Below are positions 35,358 to 41,339 of a stretch of 41,339 nucleotides of DNA, in pieces (the first letter of the stretch is position 1; each line of letters starts with the position of its first letter). The notes below the pieces were generated by a model, which was not told the DNA's origin, ran no database searches, and saw only the letters and a program-made list of their open reading frames with translations. The position numbers and the translations under genes are program-made. Origin of the DNA: a virus; IMG/VR virus record IMGVR_UViG_3300045988_044838, positions 1 through 41,339 of that record; one strand, given 5' to 3'.

Positions 35358-35952
35358 AGTATTCTCTGATGGCCTTGTCAACTGCGGCAAGGTCATTCTC
35401 GATCAACGGCTCGCTGAACATCCCCATAGGTGTTTTCACTGTGTCCTGTCCGCTGTTCCTGGTGGAGAACTGATATTTTCCATCAGTGACTACAGTTTTC
35501 AGGACAATGGTAAACATCCCTTCTAAAGTGATTTTCTCGTCCAGCAGCTTCCCGATGGTTTTGAACTTCTCGTTTCCGTTGCTGTCAATGTCGCTGTGCC
35601 CCATGAAATACACGATCTTATCATCAGGCAGAGCGGCAGCAGTCTTTACCAGGGTGTAGTAGTTCAGCGCGAGCTCTGTGAACTTCTGGTAGCCGGTCAC
35701 TTTGGCCGTTCTCATGTACTCACCTGTCATTAGGTAGGTCGCGTCGTCAATAACGATGGACTTTGCCGGGGCTTTCTGAATAGCCGCCTCAATGGATATA
35801 TAGTCATCTGTGTTGAAGGTCTTGTGCTTGTTCTTGAACGGCAGTGGCTTGCCGGAAACATTCACGATACACACATCTTCCGGCTTGAAATTCCGCAAGC
35901 TGGTGCTTTTTCCGGTGCCGGACTGCCCGTACACCATAACGATGATTGCCAT
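35347..35952 (-). CDS. Sak4-like / AAA_24 ATPase (recombination or annealing associated)
   Basis: It has Walker A GQSGTGKS near the N-terminus and a Walker B-like IVIDD. Confidence 0.7.
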   Translation of the reverse strand: MAIIVMVYGQSGTGKSTSLRNFKPEDVCIVNVSGKPLPFKNKHKTFNTDDYISIEAAIQKAPAKSIVIDDATYLMTGEYMRTAKVTGYQKFTELALNYYTLVKTAAALPDDKIVYFMGHSDIDSNGNEKFKTIGKLLDEKITLEGMFTIVLKTVVTDGKYQFSTRNSGQDTVKTPMGMFSEPLIENDLAAVDKAIREYYEI

Positions 35953-36171
35953 TTAATCCATTCCTCCCGAAATATCTTTCAGCGATCTGTCCGCCAATTG
36001 GAGGATGATCCTCGCCTCCTGGTAGCTGACAGAATAGCTGGAATTTGCAATCAGAGAGACGATTTTGGAGGCGGTTTTGATGAAGTTTGACGCTTGGTCC
36101 AATGTCACGTAATAGCCAAGCTGGTCTCTGATCCGCTCCTGCTCTTCTCTGAAAGCCTCCGCCCTGTTCAT
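35953..36171 (-). CDS. Hypothetical protein
   Basis: 72-aa ORF, coupled to its neighbours. Confidence 0.55.
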   Translation of the reverse strand: MNRAEAFREEQERIRDQLGYYVTLDQASNFIKTASKIVSLIANSSYSVSYQEARIILQLADRSLKDISGGMD

Positions 36172-36371
36172 GCTCCCCTTCCCTCCATGTAATAGACCGG
36201 AATCCCTGCAACTTCCTCAAGCTGCTCTCTGAGCTCATCAAACCGTTCTTCCAGTTCATCCACCAAAAAATCCTTTTCGCAGTGCTGGCAGTAAATTTCA
36301 CCGCAAATCACAGAATAGCGATCCCCAGGCCGTATTTCTGCGTCGCACTGACTGCATTTTGGATATTTCAC
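36168..36371 (-). CDS. Small zinc-finger protein
   Basis: It contains CSQC...CQHC. Confidence 0.55.
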   Translation of the reverse strand: MKYPKCSQCDAEIRPGDRYSVICGEIYCQHCEKDFLVDELEERFDELREQLEEVAGIPVYYMEGRGA

Positions 36372-36566
36372 CTATTGTCTCCCTCCATTCCAGACTCTCG
36401 CCGCATGGTTGATATCAGTAAATTTCCGAGTTCGCCATCCGCAGGCGTCGCAGGCCACCAGGAACATATCCGGGTTGCCCTCGATTGCCAATCGCTGGCC
36501 GGAATATAGTCCGCATCTTGGGCACGGTCCCAACTCGCCTCTGGGGCGTTTAGCGTTTGCGTTCAT
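36372..36566 (-). CDS. Lar-family restriction-alleviation-like protein
   Basis: It contains PCPRCG...CDACGW...INHAARVWNGG. Confidence 0.6.
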   Translation of the reverse strand: MNANAKRPRGELGPCPRCGLYSGQRLAIEGNPDMFLVACDACGWRTRKFTDINHAARVWNGGRQ

Positions 36567-37150
36567 TCCTCACACCACCAAATGTCTGCCGTCTGGACGC
36601 CCAGGGATAAGGCAAAATCGTGGGTAGGGACTGCAATATCAATATGGTCCCCCTTGACTGCCGGACCGGTATCATCGGCTCTCAGATAAACCATCTCGCC
36701 GTTGTACTCGATCATGATGGTGCTGCCCAGCGGTATAATATCAGGGTCCACGGCGCAGCTCACATACGGAGTCACGCGCCGTCCGCTGGCGGTGATGCCT
36801 GTCCCAGTCCCGCAGATGTGAGGCCGTTCCTCGCAACAATAAAAGGTGATGGTGGCACCTTCCAGCTTGTGAGACCGGGCCAGCAAAGCAGCTTCTATAA
36901 GCTCATTCTCGTTTTCCTCGATCTCTTCTTCTGTCAGATAACAGCGAGTGGTGGCCGGAGTATCGTCGCCGGGGAGACTTCCGTCCTCTTTGGCTGCCTC
37001 CGGCTCGTGCATGGCCAGCCGCTCCGCCTCCACGGTCATAATCAGGTAGCTTCCCAGCCACGCCAGCAACAAGATCAGAAACAGGAGATATGTAATCAGC
37101 TGCCGCCTCTGGCTCCAGCGCCGCCGCTCTTCCCGTGTCAGTTTCTTCAC
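36563..37150 (-). CDS. Membrane-anchored 3D-domain protein (MltA/RlpA-like DPBB cell-wall-binding or lytic fold)
   Basis: It has a transmembrane helix LITYLLFLILLLAWLGSYLI. AVDPDIIPLGSTIMIEY...ADDTGPAVKGDHIDIAV carries the three-Asp (3D) signature. The GTG at 37150 after GGAGGGAG is preferred over the ATG at 37189. Confidence 0.7.
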   Translation of the reverse strand: MKKLTREERRRWSQRRQLITYLLFLILLLAWLGSYLIMTVEAERLAMHEPEAAKEDGSLPGDDTPATTRCYLTEEEIEENENELIEAALLARSHKLEGATITFYCCEERPHICGTGTGITASGRRVTPYVSCAVDPDIIPLGSTIMIEYNGEMVYLRADDTGPAVKGDHIDIAVPTHDFALSLGVQTADIWWCEE

Positions 37151-37247
37151 CGCTCTCCCTCCATCCAGGAAAGGAAGCGCATGAACCATCCGGCAACCTT
37201 GACTGTTCCGATGATGGTGATTACCACCCCTATACCCATTTCAAAGC

Positions 37248-37460
37248 TCATGCGCTCACCGTTCTTTCCGCGATCCAGCGATCCAGCAAAGCCTTATAGA
37301 TATAACACCATTTGACTTTCTTGCCGTCCTCGGCCATTACGCAGTCCCCGAACGGGAAGACTTTCTTTTGGATGCCATCCCGGATAGTCTCCGGAGTAAT
37401 ACGCAGCCCCGCATTGCGAAGGACTTCTGTTGCTTCGGCTGCCGTCAATGCTTCAATCAT
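37248..37460 (-). CDS. Small HTH protein (excisionase/MerR-like)
   Basis: The ATG at 37460 follows AAGGAGG. The 70-aa product contains LTAAEATEVLRNAGLRITPETIRDGI. Confidence 0.6.
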   Translation of the reverse strand: MIEALTAAEATEVLRNAGLRITPETIRDGIQKKVFPFGDCVMAEDGKKVKWCYIYKALLDRWIAERTVSA

Positions 37461-37471
37461 AAAAAACCTCC

Positions 37472-37500
37472 TTGATTTCTCCCTCTGGAGGCGATATACT
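37472..37500 (+). promoter_or_regulatory. Sigma-70-type promoter for antisense sRNA A
   Basis: TTGATT - 17 nt - TATACT. Confidence 0.55.
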
Positions 37501-37506
37501 GTATCC

Positions 37507-37576
37507 AAAGGGATTGTTCGTGGTTGCTCAATCCTTGCCCGTCTGACTGCCGGTAACGGTCAGGCGGGATTTTTTA
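37507..37576 (+). ncRNA. Candidate antisense small RNA A (~70 nt)
   Basis: It starts downstream of the promoter at 37472-37500. It has two hairpins: GGGATTG/CAATCCT, and the terminator CCCGTCTGAC/GTCAGGCGGG followed by ATTTTTT. The G-U pairs form only in plus sense. Confidence 0.5.
37538..37576 (+). terminator. Plus-strand intrinsic terminator (sRNA A)
   Basis: A 10-bp stem with one G-U, followed by ATTTTTT. In minus sense it has a C-A mismatch and no U-tail. Confidence 0.6.
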
Positions 37577-37837
37577 CACATCTTCCGGGTACGCAACGGA
37601 AACCAGCTCTTTCAGTTCCATCAAGTCGATGCCGGGATCATGTGCCGCCCGGTCCAGAATCAGCTCCTTCAACTTGGGGCCAGCGCCTTCCAGTGCCTTG
37701 CGGTAATCTTCAAATGTGTAATCCATGTGGGCCTCCTCCCATGTGCGGCCCTTCCAGGCGAGACAGAGATTGTCCATAAGACGATTGGTGTTCCTTGCCT
37801 GCCTTTCAAGGGCTTGAATGCTGTCTTTTTCGTTCAT
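37574..37837 (-). CDS. Hypothetical early protein
   Basis: ATG follows AAGGAGG. 87 aa. Confidence 0.65.
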   Translation of the reverse strand: MNEKDSIQALERQARNTNRLMDNLCLAWKGRTWEEAHMDYTFEDYRKALEGAGPKLKELILDRAAHDPGIDLMELKELVSVAYPEDV

Positions 37838-37847
37838 AAAAACCTCC

Positions 37848-37876
37848 TTGTCATTTGACCCGGAGGCGTGTATAAT
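37848..37876 (+). promoter_or_regulatory. Sigma-70-type promoter for antisense sRNA B
   Basis: TTGTCA - 17 nt - TATAAT. Confidence 0.65.
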
Positions 37877-37882
37877 AACCTC

Positions 37883-37966
37883 GCGGGCCTGTTGGCACTA
37901 TCAATAGGTCTCCGCAGCCCTCGTCAGTGTTTCCGGCACTGGCGGGGGCGTTTCTTATTTGCTTTT
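37883..37966 (+). ncRNA. Candidate antisense small RNA B (~80 nt)
   Basis: It has hairpin CCTGTTG/CAATAGG and a 13-bp terminator stem at 37917-37929/37937-37949 with two G-U pairs, followed by TTTCTTATTTGCTTTT. It overlaps the stop codon of the Cro-like gene in antisense. Confidence 0.55.
37917..37966 (+). terminator. Plus-strand intrinsic terminator (sRNA B)
   Basis: A 13-bp stem that is perfect only in plus sense (two G-U pairs become A-C in minus sense), followed by a U-rich tail. Confidence 0.65.
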
Positions 37967-38140
37967 CAGGCGTTCTAAAGCCTCGTTTAGCTTCTGCTCT
38001 GCGCCCTTCGGCTCTTTGTGGCCGTTAAGCACGACACTGAGATACTTTGGGTTCCAGCCGACCTCCGCTGCGAGTTGCTTGGCCGTTACTCCGGCCAAAT
38101 GCATCTCACCCAGCAGATCAGCAGTCCACTTTGCTGGCAT
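37955..38140 (-). CDS. Cro-like small HTH protein (first clear early gene)
   Basis: The ATG at 38140 follows AGAAGGAGGAA. The 61-aa product contains VTAKQLAAEVGWNPKYLSVVLNG. Confidence 0.7.
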   Translation of the reverse strand: MPAKWTADLLGEMHLAGVTAKQLAAEVGWNPKYLSVVLNGHKEPKGAEQKLNEALERLKSK

Positions 38141-38156
38141 ATGATTCCTCCTTCTG

Positions 38157-38185
38157 TTGATTACTATGGTTAATTCTGGTACAAT
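38157..38185 (+). promoter_or_regulatory. Strong sigma-70-type promoter with extended -10
   Basis: TTGATT - 17 nt - TACAAT, preceded by TGG. It is followed by GAGGTGA and the GTG at 38205. Confidence 0.6.
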
Positions 38186-38204
38186 CACCGTTGAGGTGAT
38201 ATTT

Positions 38205-38570
38205 GTGCTTGATAATCGTTCTTATAAATTGCTGAAAAGGTTTTACCGAAAGAAAAAGTTGAAGTTTGAACAGATACAGAAAATCACGGAGCATGATGAA
38301 AGCAAAAAACCAAGTAAATACATATCCTCTTTGACTACAAGCCATTTCATCACATATTGGAACACGGATGAAATCATAAACGATGTCGGAGACACGAAGC
38401 AGGAAGGGTACTGTATTACGCTGGATGGAGAAGCCTATGTAGAGCAGCGCAGACGAGATAGAAAAATGTTCTGGGTTCCATACCTTATTACCACCGCTAT
38501 TGCACTACTAAGCCTCATTACTTCTCTGGCAGAGCATTGGGAAACGATCAGCAATCTTTTCTGCGGCTAA
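38205..38570 (+). CDS. AT-rich gene for a C-terminally membrane-anchored protein (prophage-expressed accessory candidate)
   Basis: The GTG at 38205 follows GAGGTGA. The C-terminal helix is FWVPYLITTAIALLSLITSLA. The upstream part of track ORF 38157.. is occupied by the promoter. Confidence 0.6.
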   Translation: MLDNRSYKLLKRFYRKKKLKFEQIQKITEHDESKKPSKYISSLTTSHFITYWNTDEIINDVGDTKQEGYCITLDGEAYVEQRRRDRKMFWVPYLITTAIALLSLITSLAEHWETISNLFCG

Positions 38571-38808
38571 AGTTCTCGCAATTCGTACTTATATCGCATC
38601 CAATTATTTGGCTTTGCTCAAACGGTAATTCTACTGAAACCGCATGAACACATGCTTTACAAATTACTCCCTTGCATTTGGCAAGTCCGCTTTCTTCTGG
38701 AAGTTGATTTTTGCGGCGCTCAATTTCAAGTTCTCTTTCAAGGCTAAAAATTCGCTTCTTCAATGCCTTTTTTGTCTGAAACAATTTTTCACCCCCATCC
38801 CTTGCCAT
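38548..38808 (-). CDS. Hypothetical ORF (weak)
   Basis: 86-aa track ORF with no RBS at the ATG. An in-frame TTG at 38784 follows GGGGGTGA. It is convergent with, and overlaps, 38205..38570. Confidence 0.35.
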   Translation of the reverse strand: MARDGGEKLFQTKKALKKRIFSLERELEIERRKNQLPEESGLAKCKGVICKACVHAVSVELPFEQSQIIGCDISTNCENFSRRKDC

Positions 38809-38856
38809 ATTTTTCTGATATAAACCGCTAGATTTAGATCACCTCCAAAACCTGTC

Positions 38857-38873
38857 CTTGCTTTTTGGGCAAG
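38857..38873. promoter_or_regulatory. Operator-like palindrome TTGC-N9-GCAA
   Basis: CTTGCTTTTTGGGCAAG overlaps the -10 of the candidate minus-strand promoter. The same TTGC-N9-GCAA pattern recurs at 39005-39021. Confidence 0.3.
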
Positions 38874-38900
38874 AATACAAAAGTTGTCTTTTTACTGCAA
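38872..38900 (-). promoter_or_regulatory. Candidate leftward (early) promoter
   Basis: In minus sense it reads TTGCAG - 17 nt - TATTCT, back-to-back with the repressor promoter. Confidence 0.3.
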
Positions 38901-38905
38901 AAGCG

Positions 38906-38934
38906 TTGACTTAGGTTATCTTTCGTGATACTAT
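38906..38934 (+). promoter_or_regulatory. Candidate repressor promoter
   Basis: TTGACT - 17 nt - TACTAT with an upstream TG (extended -10). Confidence 0.5.
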
Positions 38935-39004
38935 GTGTTTGCCGACAAATAGAACAGAAAGATGACTTAAGTTGCTCCATGAACTTATTATACGATAACC
39001 ATGG

Positions 39005-39021
39005 TTGCCTGTCAATGGCAA
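39005..39021. promoter_or_regulatory. Operator-like palindrome TTGC-N9-GCAA
   Basis: TTGCCTGTCAATGGCAA lies in the repressor leader. Confidence 0.3.
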
Positions 39022-39074
39022 AAAGCAACTTCAGTGGCTTTCTATGTTTTATACAAACTAGGAGGTTGCTTTTC

Positions 39075-39443
39075 GTGTTTTTTGATAGGTTTGAAAGTTT
39101 GTGCAAGCAAAAGGGTGTTTCTAAACAAAAGGCTTGTATAGACTGTGGGCTGAGCCGTACCGCTTGGAACAAATGGAAAGCGGGAGCCATCCCTAACGGA
39201 GATGCAATACAATCTCTTGCCGATTATTTTGGCGTCACTACTGATTACCTCTTGACCGGCGAAGAAACAAAAAAAGCGCCCACCTCGGAAGGTGAGCGTG
39301 AAGTTACTGACCGTCAAATCAAAGCTGCATTTTTCCATGGCGCTGATATGACTGACGAAGAGATGGACGCCGCCTGGGAAGATGTTATGGATTTAAGGGA
39401 TATTGTTATAAGAAAAAGAAAGCGTGATGCAGGTGGTAAATAG
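39075..39443 (+). CDS. XRE-family repressor (ImmR/CI-like)
   Basis: The GTG at 39075 follows AGGAGG. The HTH is KQKACIDCGLSRTAWNKWKAGAIPNGDAIQSLADYFGVTTDYLL. It is followed by an ImmA-like gene. Confidence 0.85.
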   Translation: MFFDRFESLCKQKGVSKQKACIDCGLSRTAWNKWKAGAIPNGDAIQSLADYFGVTTDYLLTGEETKKAPTSEGEREVTDRQIKAAFFHGADMTDEEMDAAWEDVMDLRDIVIRKRKRDAGGK

Positions 39444-39867
39444 CCCGCTGCAACTCTATCAAGAAGCTAACGATGCTGGAATTGATATAATTTGGATGCC
39501 TCTGCGGATAGATCAGTCTTTAGCGACCCAGTTTGATGATGGCTCCTTCGCTATTGGAATTGATCCCTGGAAGATGGATACTATTGCAAAGGAAATTGTT
39601 TGCTTGGGACATGAACTAGGGCACTGCAATACAGGGAGTTTTTATAACCGCTGGGCAACTTGCGATATTCGGAAGAAACACGAAAACCGTGCCGACAAGT
39701 GGGCAATTGAACGCCTTGTTCCGCTGGAAGATTTTGACCAGGCAATAGCTGATGGATATGATAACATTCCGGACCTAGCGGATTATTTCAATGTAACAGA
39801 AGATTTTATGCGGAAAGCAGTGTGCTTCTATATACACGGGAATCTAGCAGCTGAGTTATATTTTTAG
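39427..39867 (+). CDS. ImmA/IrrE-family zinc metallopeptidase (anti-repressor protease)
   Basis: It has the HEXXH motif (GHELGHC) and a typical length. It overlaps the repressor stop. Confidence 0.85.
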   Translation: MQVVNSPLQLYQEANDAGIDIIWMPLRIDQSLATQFDDGSFAIGIDPWKMDTIAKEIVCLGHELGHCNTGSFYNRWATCDIRKKHENRADKWAIERLVPLEDFDQAIADGYDNIPDLADYFNVTEDFMRKAVCFYIHGNLAAELYF

Positions 39868-39879
39868 AGGTAGTGCGAT

Positions 39880-40428
39880 ATGGCTTTGATTAAATGCAAG
39901 GAATGCGGAAAGGAAATATCAGATCAAGCCCAAACATGCCCCAATTGTGGATACCCAATAAACATAAAGGATCGGGATGGTGTGCTCCATTTTTATTGGG
40001 CGAATATGAGAGGAAATACGTTTCTAAAAACGAAAATAGTCATTGATGGCGTATCTTTCGGGGAAATAAAATGCGGACATTCCATAGATATAAGCGTAGA
40101 TGTTGGGGCACATACGGTAGAACTTTACTTTAGAGATAAAATTGCTATAAGCGAAACCGTAGATGTAACTGGATCGCATCTTGATGAGTATTTTGCATTT
40201 AAACAAACTGTTACATCAATCAAACGTATTCCAGCTTCATCAATAAAAAATTGGAAACAAAACAATAAATTAGGGGATGCCAATATACCAAAGTGCCCCA
40301 CTTGTGGAAGCACCAACATTTCAAAAATATCAATGAACAGGAAAATACTCTCTGTTGGAATGATAGGCCTTGCCAGCACTTCTGCTGGAAAAACTTTTAG
40401 ATGCAAGAATTGCGGATATATGTGGTAA
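39880..40428 (+). CDS. Double zinc-ribbon protein (unknown function)
   Basis: The N-terminus has CKECG...CPNCG and the C-terminus has CPTCG...CKNCG. RBS GAGGTAG lies upstream. Confidence 0.7.
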   Translation: MALIKCKECGKEISDQAQTCPNCGYPINIKDRDGVLHFYWANMRGNTFLKTKIVIDGVSFGEIKCGHSIDISVDVGAHTVELYFRDKIAISETVDVTGSHLDEYFAFKQTVTSIKRIPASSIKNWKQNNKLGDANIPKCPTCGSTNISKISMNRKILSVGMIGLASTSAGKTFRCKNCGYMW

Positions 40429-40489
40429 TTATTAAAATTTAATAATATGCAAATATTTTGTGGTCTAATATTGAAAAAGGGATATTTAA

Positions 40490-40822
40490 ATGACAAGAGA
40501 AGAATATTTTGCATCACCGTCCCACCGCATGAAGATAAGAAAATGCGCAGAAATGGAGCGAGCTGATTTTCTAGTCAGAATCGATGAGTCCCTTGTCCCT
40601 CCATATTCTAAAGGCGATCTTTTGATGGTTCAGAAACAGCCAGATGTGTTTGAAGGGGAAATCGGGCTTTTTCTAATTGATGGGAAACCGCATGTGAAAA
40701 AGCGCGGAAAAGACTGCCTGATTTCGCTAAACCCGTCTATTGAACCAGTTCCAATGAGTGATAACGTTCAGGGTCTAGGAAAAGTGTTGGGTGTCGTTGA
40801 CCCTGAATGGATTGGAAAATAG
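40490..40822 (+). CDS. Stand-alone S24 (LexA/UmuD-like) peptidase domain protein
   Basis: FLVRIDESLVPPYSKGDLLMVQK...GKPHVKKRG aligns to the LexA Ser/Lys catalytic segment. There is no HTH and no room for a cleavage loop. Confidence 0.6.
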   Translation: MTREEYFASPSHRMKIRKCAEMERADFLVRIDESLVPPYSKGDLLMVQKQPDVFEGEIGLFLIDGKPHVKKRGKDCLISLNPSIEPVPMSDNVQGLGKVLGVVDPEWIGK

Positions 40823-40842
40823 TTGAATACGGAGGGGATAAA

Positions 40843-41220
40843 ATGGAAAATGAGATTTTACAACCTGGGAAAAAGTTTTGTAAGCATTGCGGCCAACAGA
40901 TAGATAAAGATTGCATCGTATGCCCGATTTGCGGAAAGCAAGTTGAAGATTTGAAGGCAAATCAGCAACCCGTTGTAATAAATAATACAAACACCAACAC
41001 AAATACCGTTGATGTCAAAATGGAGAACAGAGGGAAAGAAAAAAACAAATGGGTAGCTTTTGTCCTCTGCCTTTTCCTTGGAGTTTTTGGCGCTCATAAA
41101 TTCTATGAAGGGAAAATATTAATGGGCGTCATTTATATCTTTACTGGTGGCTTATTATTGATCGGGTGCATTATTGATTTGATTGCAATTTTAATGAAAC
41201 CAAATCCGTACTATGTATAA
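40843..41220 (+). CDS. Zinc-ribbon plus TM2-domain membrane protein
   Basis: The ATG at 40843 follows GGAGGGG. It contains CKHCG...CPICG. NKWVAFVLCLFLGVFGAHKFYEGK...IIDLI is a TM2 pattern. Confidence 0.75.
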   Translation: MENEILQPGKKFCKHCGQQIDKDCIVCPICGKQVEDLKANQQPVVINNTNTNTNTVDVKMENRGKEKNKWVAFVLCLFLGVFGAHKFYEGKILMGVIYIFTGGLLLIGCIIDLIAILMKPNPYYV

Positions 41221-41339
41221 AATTGGAGAATTGAAAAAAGACATCCTTTTTTGATAAGGAGACCGCAAAATGTTAGATGAAAAAGACTTACAGGCTATTG
41301 CCCAGTTAATGGACTCTAAAATGGCCCAGCAAAAAAAAG
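41221..41339. repeat. Terminal direct repeat, copy 2 (identical to 1..119)
   Basis: Exact duplicate of the window start. Confidence 0.95.

Larger units (their letters stand above)
1..41220. mobile_element. Complete temperate tailed-phage genome (one unit length; circular or circularly permuted)
   Basis: The window ends repeat each other. It carries a full set of integrase/attP, repressor, replication, packaging, head, tail and lysis genes. Confidence 0.9.

Noticed and set aside
37190-37247. Third antisense promoter cassette in the next early intergenic gap
   Set aside because: TTGACT-17-TACCAC has a poor -10 and no downstream plus-strand terminator hairpin.
38834-39190. 118-aa minus-strand ORF across the repressor promoter and start
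   Set aside because: It overlaps the well-supported XRE repressor start and promoter. It has no RBS and the sequence looks like junk.

Overview
The window is a complete, circularly closed temperate tailed-phage genome of about 41.2 kb (siphovirus-type, with gene content typical of Firmicutes/Clostridia prophages). Bases 1-119 are repeated exactly at 41221-41339, so the two window ends are an assembly overlap and the unit genome is 1..41220.

Layout:
- Plus strand: a visibly AT-richer lysogeny block runs from about 38.9 kb, across the artificial junction, to about 1.9 kb. It holds an XRE-type repressor, an ImmA-like metalloprotease, a zinc-ribbon protein, an orphan S24 peptidase domain, a zinc-ribbon/TM2 protein, two paralogous coiled-coil proteins and a tyrosine integrase. 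It ends in an attP that carries the 3' end of a tRNA or tmRNA gene plus a terminator.
- Minus strand, 38.1 to 26.5 kb: early genes. These are Cro-like and excisionase-like HTH proteins, a 3D-domain protein, two Lar-like proteins, a Sak4-like ATPase, a DUF669-like protein, an ERCC4 nuclease, a CHC2 primase finger, a DUF927-type P-loop helicase, an iteron origin, a small methyltransferase and many Cys-rich small ORFs.
- 25982-26551: a 570-nt ORF-free, highly structured segment.
- Minus strand, 26.0 to 5.5 kb: late genes. These are Bro antirepressor, TerS, TerL, portal, Mu-F-like head protein, scaffold, major capsid, connectors, major tail, chaperones, tape measure, tail tip and fibre, XhlA-like protein, holin and CHAP endolysin.
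- Minus strand, 5.4 to 1.96 kb: a terminator-bounded cluster of low-complexity proteins of unknown function next to attP.

Most interesting signals:
- Two near-consensus promoter-plus-intrinsic-terminator cassettes on the plus strand, antisense to the early operon (OOP-like small RNAs).
- The 570-nt structured RNA candidate at the early/late junction.
- A 10-bp iteron array flanking an AT-rich spacer next to the helicase gene.
- Two uncharacterised accessory gene islands flanking int/attP.

Function calls come from motif recognition by eye. No database search was run.
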